The notes beneath the pieces are model-generated. The model was not told the origin of the DNA, did not search any database, and saw nothing but the letters and a program-made list of their open reading frames with translations. Below, piece by piece: positions 38,387 through 47,396 of a stretch of 57,575 bases of DNA. The translations under genes and the position numbers were made by a program. The stretch's first letter is position 1. Each line of letters starts with the position of its first letter. This DNA comes from an uncultured Anaerococcus sp. (GTDB taxonomy: Bacteria > Bacillota > Clostridia > Tissierellales > Peptoniphilaceae): the NCBI RefSeq assembly GCF_963510915.1, contig NZ_CAUPHG010000001.1:1-57575 (forward strand), written 5' to 3'.

Positions 38387-40068
38387 AGATTATAGACAAT
38401 GTAAATTCTTTTAAGTCGAGCCGAAAGGCCAAGAAGAGCCTAGAAGATACAATTATAAGAAGTTTTCCGGCCTTATGGGCACTTAAGTATAAGCCTATAA
38501 AATCTAAGCCTATGACCTTTATATCAAATCATAATCCATTCGCACATAGACCGTGGCAAGAAGCGGTATTGAATGACAACCACCCTAACAAAGTTATTCA
38601 AAAAGCAAGACAGCTAGGTATGAGTGAACTTGCAACAGCCGAGGTTTTATGGTTTGCAGATACACATGACAATGTAAATATCATGTATACATTTCCTACC
38701 ATGGCACAGATGGCGGACTTTTCCAGGACTAGGGTAAGTCCAGTTATAAAAGATAGTCCACACCTACAAAGACAAGTAGCAAAAGACCTTAATAACGTAT
38801 CTAGTAAAAAAATTGGCACTTCTAATATTTTTATGAGGACGTCAGGCGACGGATCACAAGGTGAAGGTGCTGATATAGATATGTATTGTGCAGATGAGTA
38901 TGACAGAATGAGGCTAGGAACTGAACTAGCTTTTAAAGAGTCTATGTCTTCATCTAAATATGGCCTTATGCGAAGATGGTCTACACCGACTTTACCAGGT
39001 ATAGGAATAAATGAGTTATACGAAAAGTCAGACCAGCGAAGGTACTTATACAAGTGTAAACATTGTAATACATGGCAAGAGATCACAATGGATAATATTA
39101 TCCAGGTTAAAGATGGTTTTAATCCTATTACAGAAGAAATCGAAAATGGCACTTATGAGTATAGGTGTATTAAGTGTAGAAAGCCTTTAGATAGGTGGCA
39201 GGTCGGTAAGTGGATTGCCAGGAGACCTGAAATTAAAGATACTAGAGGCTATTTTATATCACAGCTAAATGCACTTCATATATCAGCCGATTCTATTATG
39301 CGTAGGAAATTAGAATATCCTTTTAAACAGTTATTTTATAACTATGTATTAGGCGAACCTTATGCAAATAAAGGTTTGGAAATCCAAGAAAATGATGTTA
39401 AAACACATATTGTATCACCACACGAAGAAGTAAATAGGACAGATGAATTTATAGGCTATATAGCAGGTATAGATTGGGGCGAGCCTACATGGGTACTAGT
39501 TTTAGGAATTAGACCTAATATGACAATACAAGTTGTATGTATGCGAGAATTTAAGCGTTCTAATGTTATGCCGCTTATGGACGTAAAGCAAGTTATATCA
39601 CTATTAAAACCATTTGAACCAGATTATATCATAGCAGATGCAGGATACGGCGCAGATAAGAATACAGAATTATTAAGAGCCTTTCAATATAGCGCTTATG
39701 CTTGTGCATGGACTACTACTACAGGACCTTATTCTCATATAAACTTTACAGACCATTGGAACGAAAAGACCAGGCTTGTAAAGGTAGATAAGACTTCTAA
39801 AATGCAAAGAACAATCCAGGCAGTAAAGCAAGGCTTTATTGGATTTTATTCTTATCAAGACGAGATGACACAGATACTTACAAAACATTTAATGAATGTA
39901 CAAATCCTAGATAGGGACAAAGACGGTTATATTTATCAAGTAGCGACCAGAAAAGGTGCAGACCACTTAGCTTGTTGCTTAGCTTATGCACTCATAGGTG
40001 TTGATAAGTATACACAGTATGGATCTAAAATATCTAAAGGTTACCAGATGGATTTGGTAGAAATCTAA
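38374..40068 (+). CDS. terL: Terminase large subunit (GpA-like, Zn-finger)
   Basis: QKARQLGMSE Walker A, ADEYD Walker B, STPT, CxxC pairs, GIDWG nuclease, DHLA. Confidence 0.92.
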   Translation: MDSVKIIDNVNSFKSSRKAKKSLEDTIIRSFPALWALKYKPIKSKPMTFISNHNPFAHRPWQEAVLNDNHPNKVIQKARQLGMSELATAEVLWFADTHDNVNIMYTFPTMAQMADFSRTRVSPVIKDSPHLQRQVAKDLNNVSSKKIGTSNIFMRTSGDGSQGEGADIDMYCADEYDRMRLGTELAFKESMSSSKYGLMRRWSTPTLPGIGINELYEKSDQRRYLYKCKHCNTWQEITMDNIIQVKDGFNPITEEIENGTYEYRCIKCRKPLDRWQVGKWIARRPEIKDTRGYFISQLNALHISADSIMRRKLEYPFKQLFYNYVLGEPYANKGLEIQENDVKTHIVSPHEEVNRTDEFIGYIAGIDWGEPTWVLVLGIRPNMTIQVVCMREFKRSNVMPLMDVKQVISLLKPFEPDYIIADAGYGADKNTELLRAFQYSAYACAWTTTTGPYSHINFTDHWNEKTRLVKVDKTSKMQRTIQAVKQGFIGFYSYQDEMTQILTKHLMNVQILDRDKDGYIYQVATRKGADHLACCLAYALIGVDKYTQYGSKISKGYQMDLVEI

Positions 40069-40084
40069 ATATTATAAAGAATTT

Positions 40085-40108
40085 AAGACGGTTTTTGCCG
40101 TCTTTTTT
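40085..40108 (+). terminator. Intrinsic terminator
   Basis: AAGACGG/CCGTCTT plus T-run. Confidence 0.75.
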
Positions 40109-40110
40109 GT

Positions 40111-40198
40111 GGCAAGATACCCAAGCGGTAAAGGGGACGGATTGCTAATCCGTTAGACCTTAAGAGGTGCGAGGGTTCGAATCCCTCTCTTGTCGCCA
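40111..40198 (+). tRNA. tRNA-Ser(GCT)
   Basis: Cloverleaf: ACGGA-TTGCTAA-TCCGT anticodon arm, long variable arm, GGTTCGAATCC, encoded CCA. Confidence 0.92.
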
Positions 40199-40225
40199 GA
40201 AAAACAAAAATAGGAGAATTAATTT

Positions 40226-41493
40226 ATGTTAAGAGTTTTTGAAAGCTTTGCCGGTATAGGTACACAAAGAATGGGACTTGAAAGGGCAGGTATAGACCAT
40301 GAAGTGGTAGGAATTTGCGAAATAGATAAGTTTGCTATTGACTCATACCAAGCTATACATGGAGAAACTAAAAATTATGGAGATATTAGCAAGATAGACC
40401 CTAAAGACTTACCAGATTTTGATTTATTTACATATTCTTTTCCTTGTCAAGATTTATCCATGGCCGGCAAACGAAAAGGATTTGATAAGGATAGTGGCAC
40501 AAGAAGTAGCCTACTTTGGGAATGCGAAAGAATAATTGAAGCTAAAAGACCTAAATATTTACTTATGGAAAATGTTAAGGCTTTGACCTTTAAGAAGAAT
40601 AAGGGGGGGGGTATCAGAAATGGCTTGATATACTCACTTCTCTAGGTTATACAAACTATTCAAAGGTACTTAATGCAAAAGACTATGGAATACCACAAAA
40701 TAGAGAAAGGGTATTTTGTATATCAATCTTAGATGATACACAAGGATTTGAATTTCCAGAAAAGCAAGTACTGACCACTAGACTTAAAGATGTATTAGAG
40801 GATAAGGTTGATGAAAAATACTATCTATCTAATGACAGGATAAAACAATTAGTCGGTATTGTCAGAAATTGGGGAGTCAAGGGTAAAACAGTTTTTGACT
40901 CTTCAATTAATGATCCAAAAGAAAAGGAAGTAGCTAATTGTATCACTACAAGGCACAGGGGAGTTAGTAATAGAAAAAGCGAAGGGAATGTAGTAGTAGA
41001 ACCAGAACTTATACAGACTCACAAACTATATCATGAAACAAGACCTAGACCATCTGAATTTAGAGTTTTTGACGATAAGGGGCTAAGTCCTACACTTACG
41101 TGCAATCATAAGCCTTGTATAACGGAGCAAGAAGAAAATAAGGCACTTACCATTAAAAACGGCAATAAAAAAGGTTACCTTGAAGCACATAGCGGAGATG
41201 GCATAGACCTTATCAATCCTAGATGTAATAATCGTAGGGGTAGAGTACAAAAAGAATCTTGCCAAACCTTAACTTGTAATAGTGATAGGGGAGTAGTTAC
41301 AGACGATTTAAGAATCAGAAAACTTACCCCTTTAGAATATTGGCGACTTATGGGAATTGATGATGAGGATTTTTATAAGGCTAGAAAAGTAAATAGCGAT
41401 AGTCAGTTATATAAACAGGCGGGTAATGCAATTGTAGTAGATGTATTAGCCGCTATTTTTATGCAGTTATTTAAGGCGAATAAAAAGAAATGA
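40226..41493 (+). pseudogene. C5-cytosine DNA methyltransferase, frameshifted at G9 tract (possibly phase variable)
   Basis: FAGIG, FPCQD, ENV in first frame; PQNRERVF...RKLTPLE...YKQAGNAI in -1 frame after G9 at 40603-40611, open to TGA 41493. Confidence 0.9.
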
Positions 41494-41518
41494 TTAGTAA
41501 ATGATTACATCTTAAAAC

Positions 41519-41675
41519 TTGAAGTAAAAGTGATTATAGTATATAATCCTAGTAAGAGAAGCCACCTCTTAATCATCAAAAAAAGCCACAAAGCTTTCAA
41601 ACTTTGTGATATGAGTGAATAACAATATTCCCACAAGGGTAACAAAAAAGCAGGAGAGTCAGTCCTGCTTTTTGC
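41519..41675 (+). ncRNA. Type I antitoxin RNA (with promoter)
   Basis: TTGAAG-17-TATAAT; ends in AAAAAGCAGGA/TCCTGCTTTTT hairpin overlapping the toxin stop codon. Confidence 0.6.
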
Positions 41676-41775
41676 TTTTGTCTTTGTTTCTTCTTTCTTT
41701 CCATAACTCGAAAAGAATATTAGAAAACAAAGGTAATATGAGTGATGACATAATTGTCAACAATAATTCCCCCAT
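41659..41775 (-). CDS. Type I toxin peptide (Fst-like), 38 aa
   Basis: MGELLLTIMSSLILPLFSNILFELWKERRNKDKSKKQD; RBS AGGAGGTG; extended -10 TGGTATAAT at 41819-41811. Confidence 0.75.
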   Translation of the reverse strand: MGELLLTIMSSLILPLFSNILFELWKERRNKDKSKKQD

Positions 41776-41886
41776 CGGGCAACACCTCCTTTCTTCAAAG
41801 GGGCAGATTTATTATACCATAATATGAGAGAGTGTGTGAAAACTCTCTTTTTTAATGGAAAAACTTTAAAAAACTTAAAATAATAC

Positions 41887-41915
41887 TTGACTTATGGTCG
41901 ACCATAATGTATAAT
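41887..41915 (+). promoter_or_regulatory. SigA promoter with 16-bp perfect palindrome
   Basis: TTGACT-17-TATAAT; TTATGGTCGACCATAA in the spacer. Confidence 0.75.
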
Positions 41916-41968
41916 ATAATTACAGTAAGATATTACTTACTGAATATGGCAAGAGAAAGGAGATAACA

Positions 41969-42124
41969 ATGGATCAAATGGGAATGACTGACAAACAATT
42001 CAATGGTTTTCTAAGAATGTTATTGGATAGGCTTGAAGAAATAAAAAGCGAAGATAACGAAGAAGAGAAAACAAAAAGGCTAGAAAAAATAATCGAAGAT
42101 TTGCAAAAAACACTTGAAGACTAA
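41969..42124 (+). CDS. Small phage protein (MDQMGMTDKQFNGFLR...), 51 aa
   Basis: RBS AAGGAG; below ORF-track cutoff. Confidence 0.7.
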   Translation: MDQMGMTDKQFNGFLRMLLDRLEEIKSEDNEEEKTKRLEKIIEDLQKTLED

Positions 42125-42220
42125 AAAAGACCTCTAAAAAGAGGTCAAACCAAAAAGTATAGGCTGGGCTTGCCACTAGCCTATGCTATTATTATATTTT
42201 AATGGCAAGAGAAAGGCAAG

Positions 42221-42412
42221 TTGTATGTGAGCAAAGATAAAAAGAAAATGGGTAGACCAGTTGAAGATGAACCAAAAACAGAAAAAATTGGGATAAGAAT
42301 ATCAAAGTTAGATTTAGAAAGATTAGAATTTTGTTCTGAAAAGCTAAATAAATCTAGAGCAAATGTTATAATAGACGGAATAAGAAGAACTTATAAAGAA
42401 ATTAAAGACTAA
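42221..42412 (+). CDS. Ribbon-helix-helix (CopG-like) regulator
   Basis: KMGRP...KIGIRIS...SRANVIIDGI. Confidence 0.75.
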   Translation: MYVSKDKKKMGRPVEDEPKTEKIGIRISKLDLERLEFCSEKLNKSRANVIIDGIRRTYKEIKD

Positions 42413-42508
42413 AAAAATCCCCGTGGGCAAACACGGGGAAAAGTAGTGTAATAATCACACGTACAAGGATATTATACTACTTTTTAATTATATATAAAGG
42501 AGTATAAA

Positions 42509-42907
42509 GTGAATACAATACAAATAATCGATAGAAGCATAAAAGTTAAAGAATATCAAGGCCAAAGAGTTGTTACATTTAAAGATATAGATTATATTCA
42601 CCAAAGACCAAAAGATACTGCAAGTAGAAATTTTAGAACAAACAAAAAACATTTTATAGAAGATGTTGATTATTTCAATTTAAGTGTTGATAAATGCAAA
42701 AACGACGAAATTCGTCGCTTTGGAATTGAGAGTCCTAGAGGTGGGTATATTTTCACCGAAAGCGGATACCTAATGCTAGTAAAATCTTTTACTGATGATC
42801 TAGCCTGGCAAGTACAAAGGCAACTTGTAAATTCATATTTTAGATTAAAAGAAGAAGCATATGAGCAACTAGAACTAGAACCCTACAAGCTAGAAAAGAA
42901 AACCTAA
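42509..42907 (+). CDS. ORF6N-domain antirepressor (lacking C-terminal domain)
   Basis: EYQGQRVVTFKDID, FTESGYLMLVKSFTDDLAWQVQRQLVNSYF. Confidence 0.85.
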   Translation: MNTIQIIDRSIKVKEYQGQRVVTFKDIDYIHQRPKDTASRNFRTNKKHFIEDVDYFNLSVDKCKNDEIRRFGIESPRGGYIFTESGYLMLVKSFTDDLAWQVQRQLVNSYFRLKEEAYEQLELEPYKLEKKT

Positions 42908-42975
42908 AAAAAATTTAAATTTATCCTTGACAATAAGGTACTAACGATATATAATTTTAAATGTGAGGTACTAAT

Positions 42976-43152
42976 ATGGAGAAAAGAAAATTAAGAATTA
43001 TTTTTCACAAAGCAGGAAATGGAAGAGGAGCTAAATTAAATATGCCAATACCTTGGTTACGTGATTTAGGAATAGATGAAAATGAAAGAGAGGTGGAACT
43101 GATTTTAGATAAGAAAAACAAGGAAATTATAATTAGGAAAGATGACAAATAA
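42976..43152 (+). CDS. AbrB/MazE-like small DNA-binding protein, 58 aa
   Basis: KAGNGRGAKLNMPIPWLRDLGI...EREVEL; own promoter TTGACA-17-TATAAT (42927-42955); AGGTACTAA repeats. Confidence 0.7.
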   Translation: MEKRKLRIIFHKAGNGRGAKLNMPIPWLRDLGIDENEREVELILDKKNKEIIIRKDDK

Positions 43153-43254
43153 AAACTCCTATACCTCACAAAAGAAATATAGGAGAAAATAGTATAATAC
43201 TATTCGCAATAACATTGTACTATTTCTTCTAAATATTACAATTAGGAGAATAAT

Positions 43255-44217
43255 ATGTTTAAATCAATGATGTATCGTAGTAATCTAGTAGAAATAATAA
43301 ATTTTAAAGATAAGATTTTATTCAATCCTTATGATGTTGGCAATTGTTTGGATATGAAAGAAGAAACAGTTCGTTACCATATAAGAAATTTTAATGAAAA
43401 TCAAGTTATAAAAATCAAGAAATCAGATGTTGGTTTAACAAACAATTTGAATATTCCACCATCTGGACGTAGTTTTTTAACTGAAAGTGGTGTATATAAA
43501 TTATCTTTTAAATCAAGAAAACCCGAAGCTGAAAAATTTACAGATTGGGTTACAGATGAAGTATTACCTAGCATAAGAAAGACTGGTAAATATGAGATAA
43601 AAGGCGAGCAACTAGAACTAGACCCATACAAGCTAGAAAAGAAAACCTACAAAGGTAAGCCTGTTTTGATTGTAAGAGATTTAGAGTATCTAACAGGACA
43701 AGCTAAGAATAACTTAAATTGGATCATAAAGACACAAGGTTTAGGTTTTTTGTTACAAGGTAGGTCTTTAGATGATTTTAAATATGAAAACAAATCTTTT
43801 TATAATATGAAATATAGTCTAAACATACTCTTTGAAGATGATGTATATAATTTGATAAAGAGATATGATGTTGATTCAGATAAGCTAGAAGATGTTGACA
43901 AGTATTTTGAAACTGATAGTAAGGAAAAATTTAACAAAGATGTAGACTTATATATTAGGCTTAGAGATTTGAAGAATCTTTATAGGTCTTTAGGGCTATA
44001 TGAAATAAATAATGACCTAAGAAAGAAAATAACAAGAATAATATCAGAAGAACTTGTAAGGCTAGGAGTTTTAGATAAACCTAGAGATGATTTTAGTTTA
44101 GGTTCAGCCGAAGTTTGGAATATGGAAAGTGAAATAAGTAATCTTAGGTTGTCACTAAGCAAGGGAAAAGATTATACAAAAAACATATTAGAACTTGCAG
44201 CAGAATGTAACAATTAA
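43255..44217 (+). CDS. BRO-N domain antirepressor
   Basis: FLTESGVYKL.FKSRKPEAEKFTDWVTDEVLPSIRKTGKY. Confidence 0.9.
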   Translation: MFKSMMYRSNLVEIINFKDKILFNPYDVGNCLDMKEETVRYHIRNFNENQVIKIKKSDVGLTNNLNIPPSGRSFLTESGVYKLSFKSRKPEAEKFTDWVTDEVLPSIRKTGKYEIKGEQLELDPYKLEKKTYKGKPVLIVRDLEYLTGQAKNNLNWIIKTQGLGFLLQGRSLDDFKYENKSFYNMKYSLNILFEDDVYNLIKRYDVDSDKLEDVDKYFETDSKEKFNKDVDLYIRLRDLKNLYRSLGLYEINNDLRKKITRIISEELVRLGVLDKPRDDFSLGSAEVWNMESEISNLRLSLSKGKDYTKNILELAAECNN

Positions 44218-44287
44218 ATATAAAAAAATCAAGGATAGTCATTCAGGCTATCCTTTTTACGTATAAAAAACTAGGAGGTGTAATCCT

Positions 44288-44497
44288 ATGGCAATAAAAA
44301 TAAAAGGCTTTAAAAAGGCAAATAGAGAGCATAAATGCTTGTGCAAGGCTAGCAAAAACACGATAAATGAAGAATCAGCACAATATCCTTTAAGAGATAC
44401 TTATTTAAGAGTGTTACAAACCGAAGCTAGTATTGTCTTTGATAAAGTTATGAAACAAGCGGTAGATGAAATATACCAAGTATTGACAAGTAACTAA
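44288..44497 (+). CDS. Hypothetical head-module protein
   Basis: RBS AGGAGGTG; KIKGFK N-terminus shared with 47397. Confidence 0.65.
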   Translation: MAIKIKGFKKANREHKCLCKASKNTINEESAQYPLRDTYLRVLQTEASIVFDKVMKQAVDEIYQVLTSN

Positions 44498-44512
44498 AGG
44501 TTACTTGTTTAT

Positions 44513-44588
44513 GAAGTGGTAGTTTAATCAGGCAGAATGTCGGTCTCCAAAACCGAAGATATAGGTTCAAATCCTATCCACTTTGCCA
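44513..44588 (+). tRNA. tRNA-Trp(CCA)
   Basis: TCGGT-CTCCAAA-ACCGA anticodon arm, GGTTCAAATCC, encoded CCA, 76 nt. Confidence 0.9.
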
Positions 44589-44613
44589 AAAAATATTATA
44601 AGGGAGGTTAAGC

Positions 44614-45447
44614 ATGACCCCAAGGGATAAGTACAGGAGAGTTAAGGTTATACTTGACCGATACTTAAAAATAATTAATAAGATAGCTAGAGGTGGTAAG
44701 GTTGATCCAGCTTTAGCTAAAAAATTAGGCATACCCCAAGAATTACAACCTTTACTAGAAAGGGCGCATAAAAGGGGACAGTTAGAAGTTAAGTACGAAA
44801 ACATGAACCTTAATCCAGAAGAGGTTGAAAGGCTTACAAGAGAGATAAGGCCAACTAATAACCCTATATTCAAACTTACAGAAGAGAGCGTAGAAGATGG
44901 TCTTAATTATCAATTAGATAAGTTTAGACAAAGGGTATCTAGTACTACTATTGATTATCTAAAAAAAGAATTTTCAGTTATAGATGATGTTTTTAAAGAT
45001 GATAGGCCTAGAGACTCATGGCTTGCAAGCGAATTAAGAAAGATAACTAAAGATAGCAAGCAAGATTGGGATATGGTCGTAAAAACCGAGCTAATGAATA
45101 GCAAAAATGAGGGTATAGCCCAGGCTATTATAGATGGTTCTAGTCCATATTCTAATAAGGGTTTAGAAACAAAGGTGTTTAAAAGGCCTAGCCCTAATGC
45201 TTGTAAACATTGTAGGGATTTATATTTAGAAAAAGATGATAAGACGCCGAAAGTGTTTAGTTTATCAGAATTAATGGCTAATGGCACTAATTATGGCAAG
45301 AAGGTAGGAGAGTGGCAACCGGTTATAGGAGTTACCCACCCACATTGCCAATGTATGATTGAGGTACTACCAGATGGAGCAACATTTGATAAAGATGGCA
45401 GAATGATTTACGAAAGGAGGATTAATGACAGAAAAGCAGAGATATAA
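44614..45447 (+). CDS. MuF/SPP1 gp7-like head morphogenesis protein
   Basis: KTE, CKHC and HPHCQC motifs next to portal. Confidence 0.8.
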   Translation: MTPRDKYRRVKVILDRYLKIINKIARGGKVDPALAKKLGIPQELQPLLERAHKRGQLEVKYENMNLNPEEVERLTREIRPTNNPIFKLTEESVEDGLNYQLDKFRQRVSSTTIDYLKKEFSVIDDVFKDDRPRDSWLASELRKITKDSKQDWDMVVKTELMNSKNEGIAQAIIDGSSPYSNKGLETKVFKRPSPNACKHCRDLYLEKDDKTPKVFSLSELMANGTNYGKKVGEWQPVIGVTHPHCQCMIEVLPDGATFDKDGRMIYERRINDRKAEI

Positions 45448-47068
45448 AGTCAATTTTTCTTCTAAGGGCGGTTCATTTAATGCGGACCAATTCGCACCCA
45501 GGATAGAAAGAAGTTACTACAATTATGATCCACCTATGCAGGATATGTTTGTAACTACCGACTTTAAAGAAAAAGATACAAAGCTATCATTTGATTTATT
45601 AAAACAAGTATCTACCAAGGTAGCACCTATAGCAGCGGTGATAAGCACCAGGATAGACCAGGTAGGGGCTTTTACTTCTAGAAGTAAGTACTCTACTAAT
45701 GGAGTTGGATTTAAGGTTAAATTAAGAGATTCAAGCATAGAGCCTAACGAAGAACAAGAAAAGACCATTGACAGGATTGAAAGATTTATCGAAAATTGCG
45801 GTAATAATGATAATCCTAATCGTGATAATTTTGATATATTTATTAGAAAAATATTAAGGGACTCATTAACTTATGACCAGGTAAATTTTGAACTTGAATA
45901 TGATATAACAGGGGAATATATACAAGCCTTTGAAGCGGTAGACTCTACAACAATAAAGCCTACTTTAGAAGATTTTGAGATTGAAGAAGCAGCATTAGCA
46001 GATGATGTCGATACTAGAGAAGGTGAAGAGTTAGCCTATGTACAAGTTATAGATGGGCAGATTGTAGCAGGCTTTACAGCAGATGAAATGGCCTTTTCAG
46101 TAAGAAACCCTAGGACAGATGTATATAGTCAGCCTTATGGTCTATCAGAAATAGAGCTAATAGTTAGTCAAGTTACCTCTTACCTTGAAGCCGAAGAATA
46201 CAATATGAGATTTTTCCAACAAGGAGGAATGACAAAGGGAATCCTTAATATCAAAAACGAAAAGGGAGGACCAGCCCAAGGTGACAGGCAGACCCTAGAA
46301 TCCTTTAAAAGGCAATGGAGAACACAGGTAACAGGGCAAAAGGGAGCATGGAAGATACCAGTATTCACCTTGCCAGGGGAATTAGAGTTTATAAACATAG
46401 CCCAGTCCGGTGGTGAAATGGTATTTGAAAAGTGGATAAACTACTTAATCAATATTATTTGTGCTATATACAAGATAGATCCAGCAGAAATAAATTTCCC
46501 AAATAATGGTGGTGTAGGCGGTAAAGGTTCAAGCCTTTTTTCAGGCGATAAGGATAAGGTTGACCAGTCAAAAGCTAAAGGATTGTTACCACTCTTACAA
46601 TACATTGAAAATATTATCAATAGATACATAATATCAAGATTTAATATAGATGATGAGTACGTTTTTGTATTTGATGGTCTAGATAATGAATCAGAATCAG
46701 AACAAGTAGACCTAGCAAAAAGAAAGACAGAATCTTACATGACTATTAACGAGGTGAGAGCAGATAAGGGCTTGCCAGAAATAGAAGGTGGAGATATTAT
46801 AGCAAATCCTTATTATCTACAAGCTATGCAATTATCACCAGGTGGTGACAGTATGGGATTTGATTTTGATAGTTATGGAGATGATGAAGAAGATAATCAA
46901 GAAGAAAGCCCAGAAAATGGCGATACAGACCAAGGCGAAGAAGTAACAAGCGATGATTTATTTAGTAAGTCTTTAAAGCAAGTTAATTTAGAGCTTGAAA
47001 AAGAAAAAGTCAGTATTGATGATTTGAAAAAGTCTATATATAGGTCTAAGCTAACACAAGCACGTTAG
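45425..47068 (+). CDS. Portal protein
   Basis: YGLSEIE, FFQQGGMTKGIL, EMVFEKWINYLINIICAIY.IDPAEINFPN, MTINEVR. Confidence 0.92.
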   Translation: MTEKQRYKVNFSSKGGSFNADQFAPRIERSYYNYDPPMQDMFVTTDFKEKDTKLSFDLLKQVSTKVAPIAAVISTRIDQVGAFTSRSKYSTNGVGFKVKLRDSSIEPNEEQEKTIDRIERFIENCGNNDNPNRDNFDIFIRKILRDSLTYDQVNFELEYDITGEYIQAFEAVDSTTIKPTLEDFEIEEAALADDVDTREGEELAYVQVIDGQIVAGFTADEMAFSVRNPRTDVYSQPYGLSEIELIVSQVTSYLEAEEYNMRFFQQGGMTKGILNIKNEKGGPAQGDRQTLESFKRQWRTQVTGQKGAWKIPVFTLPGELEFINIAQSGGEMVFEKWINYLINIICAIYKIDPAEINFPNNGGVGGKGSSLFSGDKDKVDQSKAKGLLPLLQYIENIINRYIISRFNIDDEYVFVFDGLDNESESEQVDLAKRKTESYMTINEVRADKGLPEIEGGDIIANPYYLQAMQLSPGGDSMGFDFDSYGDDEEDNQEESPENGDTDQGEEVTSDDLFSKSLKQVNLELEKEKVSIDDLKKSIYRSKLTQAR

Positions 47069-47114
47069 AAACAATATCTAGCGTGTTTTTTTATGTCTAA
47101 AAAGGAGAAAAACA

Positions 47115-47384
47115 ATGGATTCATATAAATTTCAAAAAGCGTGCAAAGAATGGCTAATAAAATACTACAAAGACCACTATAACAAAGTTATAGGAATCGA
47201 GGACGTATTTGTCGTGTGGTCTTGCAAAACTTTACAAAATAATAAAATTCTAATATCTACAACCATAGATGATGGTGTATATGTAGAAGTAACCTATAAC
47301 GGAGATAAGAAAGAATCGTACTTTGATATTTACACAAAAGTTAGAAATGTTTTAGTGGAAAATCAAAAATTATTTAAGGATTAA
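47115..47384 (+). CDS. Conserved small phage protein (DUF6275-like)
   Basis: DVFVVWSCKTLQNNKILISTT. Confidence 0.75.
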   Translation: MDSYKFQKACKEWLIKYYKDHYNKVIGIEDVFVVWSCKTLQNNKILISTTIDDGVYVEVTYNGDKKESYFDIYTKVRNVLVENQKLFKD

Positions 47385-47396
47385 AGGGGTGATAGA

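Noticed and set aside
38374..40068. Intron or intein in terminase (common in Twort-like phages)
   Set aside because: Single uninterrupted 564-aa ORF without splicing motifs
41615..41827. 70-aa plus-strand ORF
   Set aside because: Antisense to the toxin peptide and runs through the antitoxin terminator; no RBS
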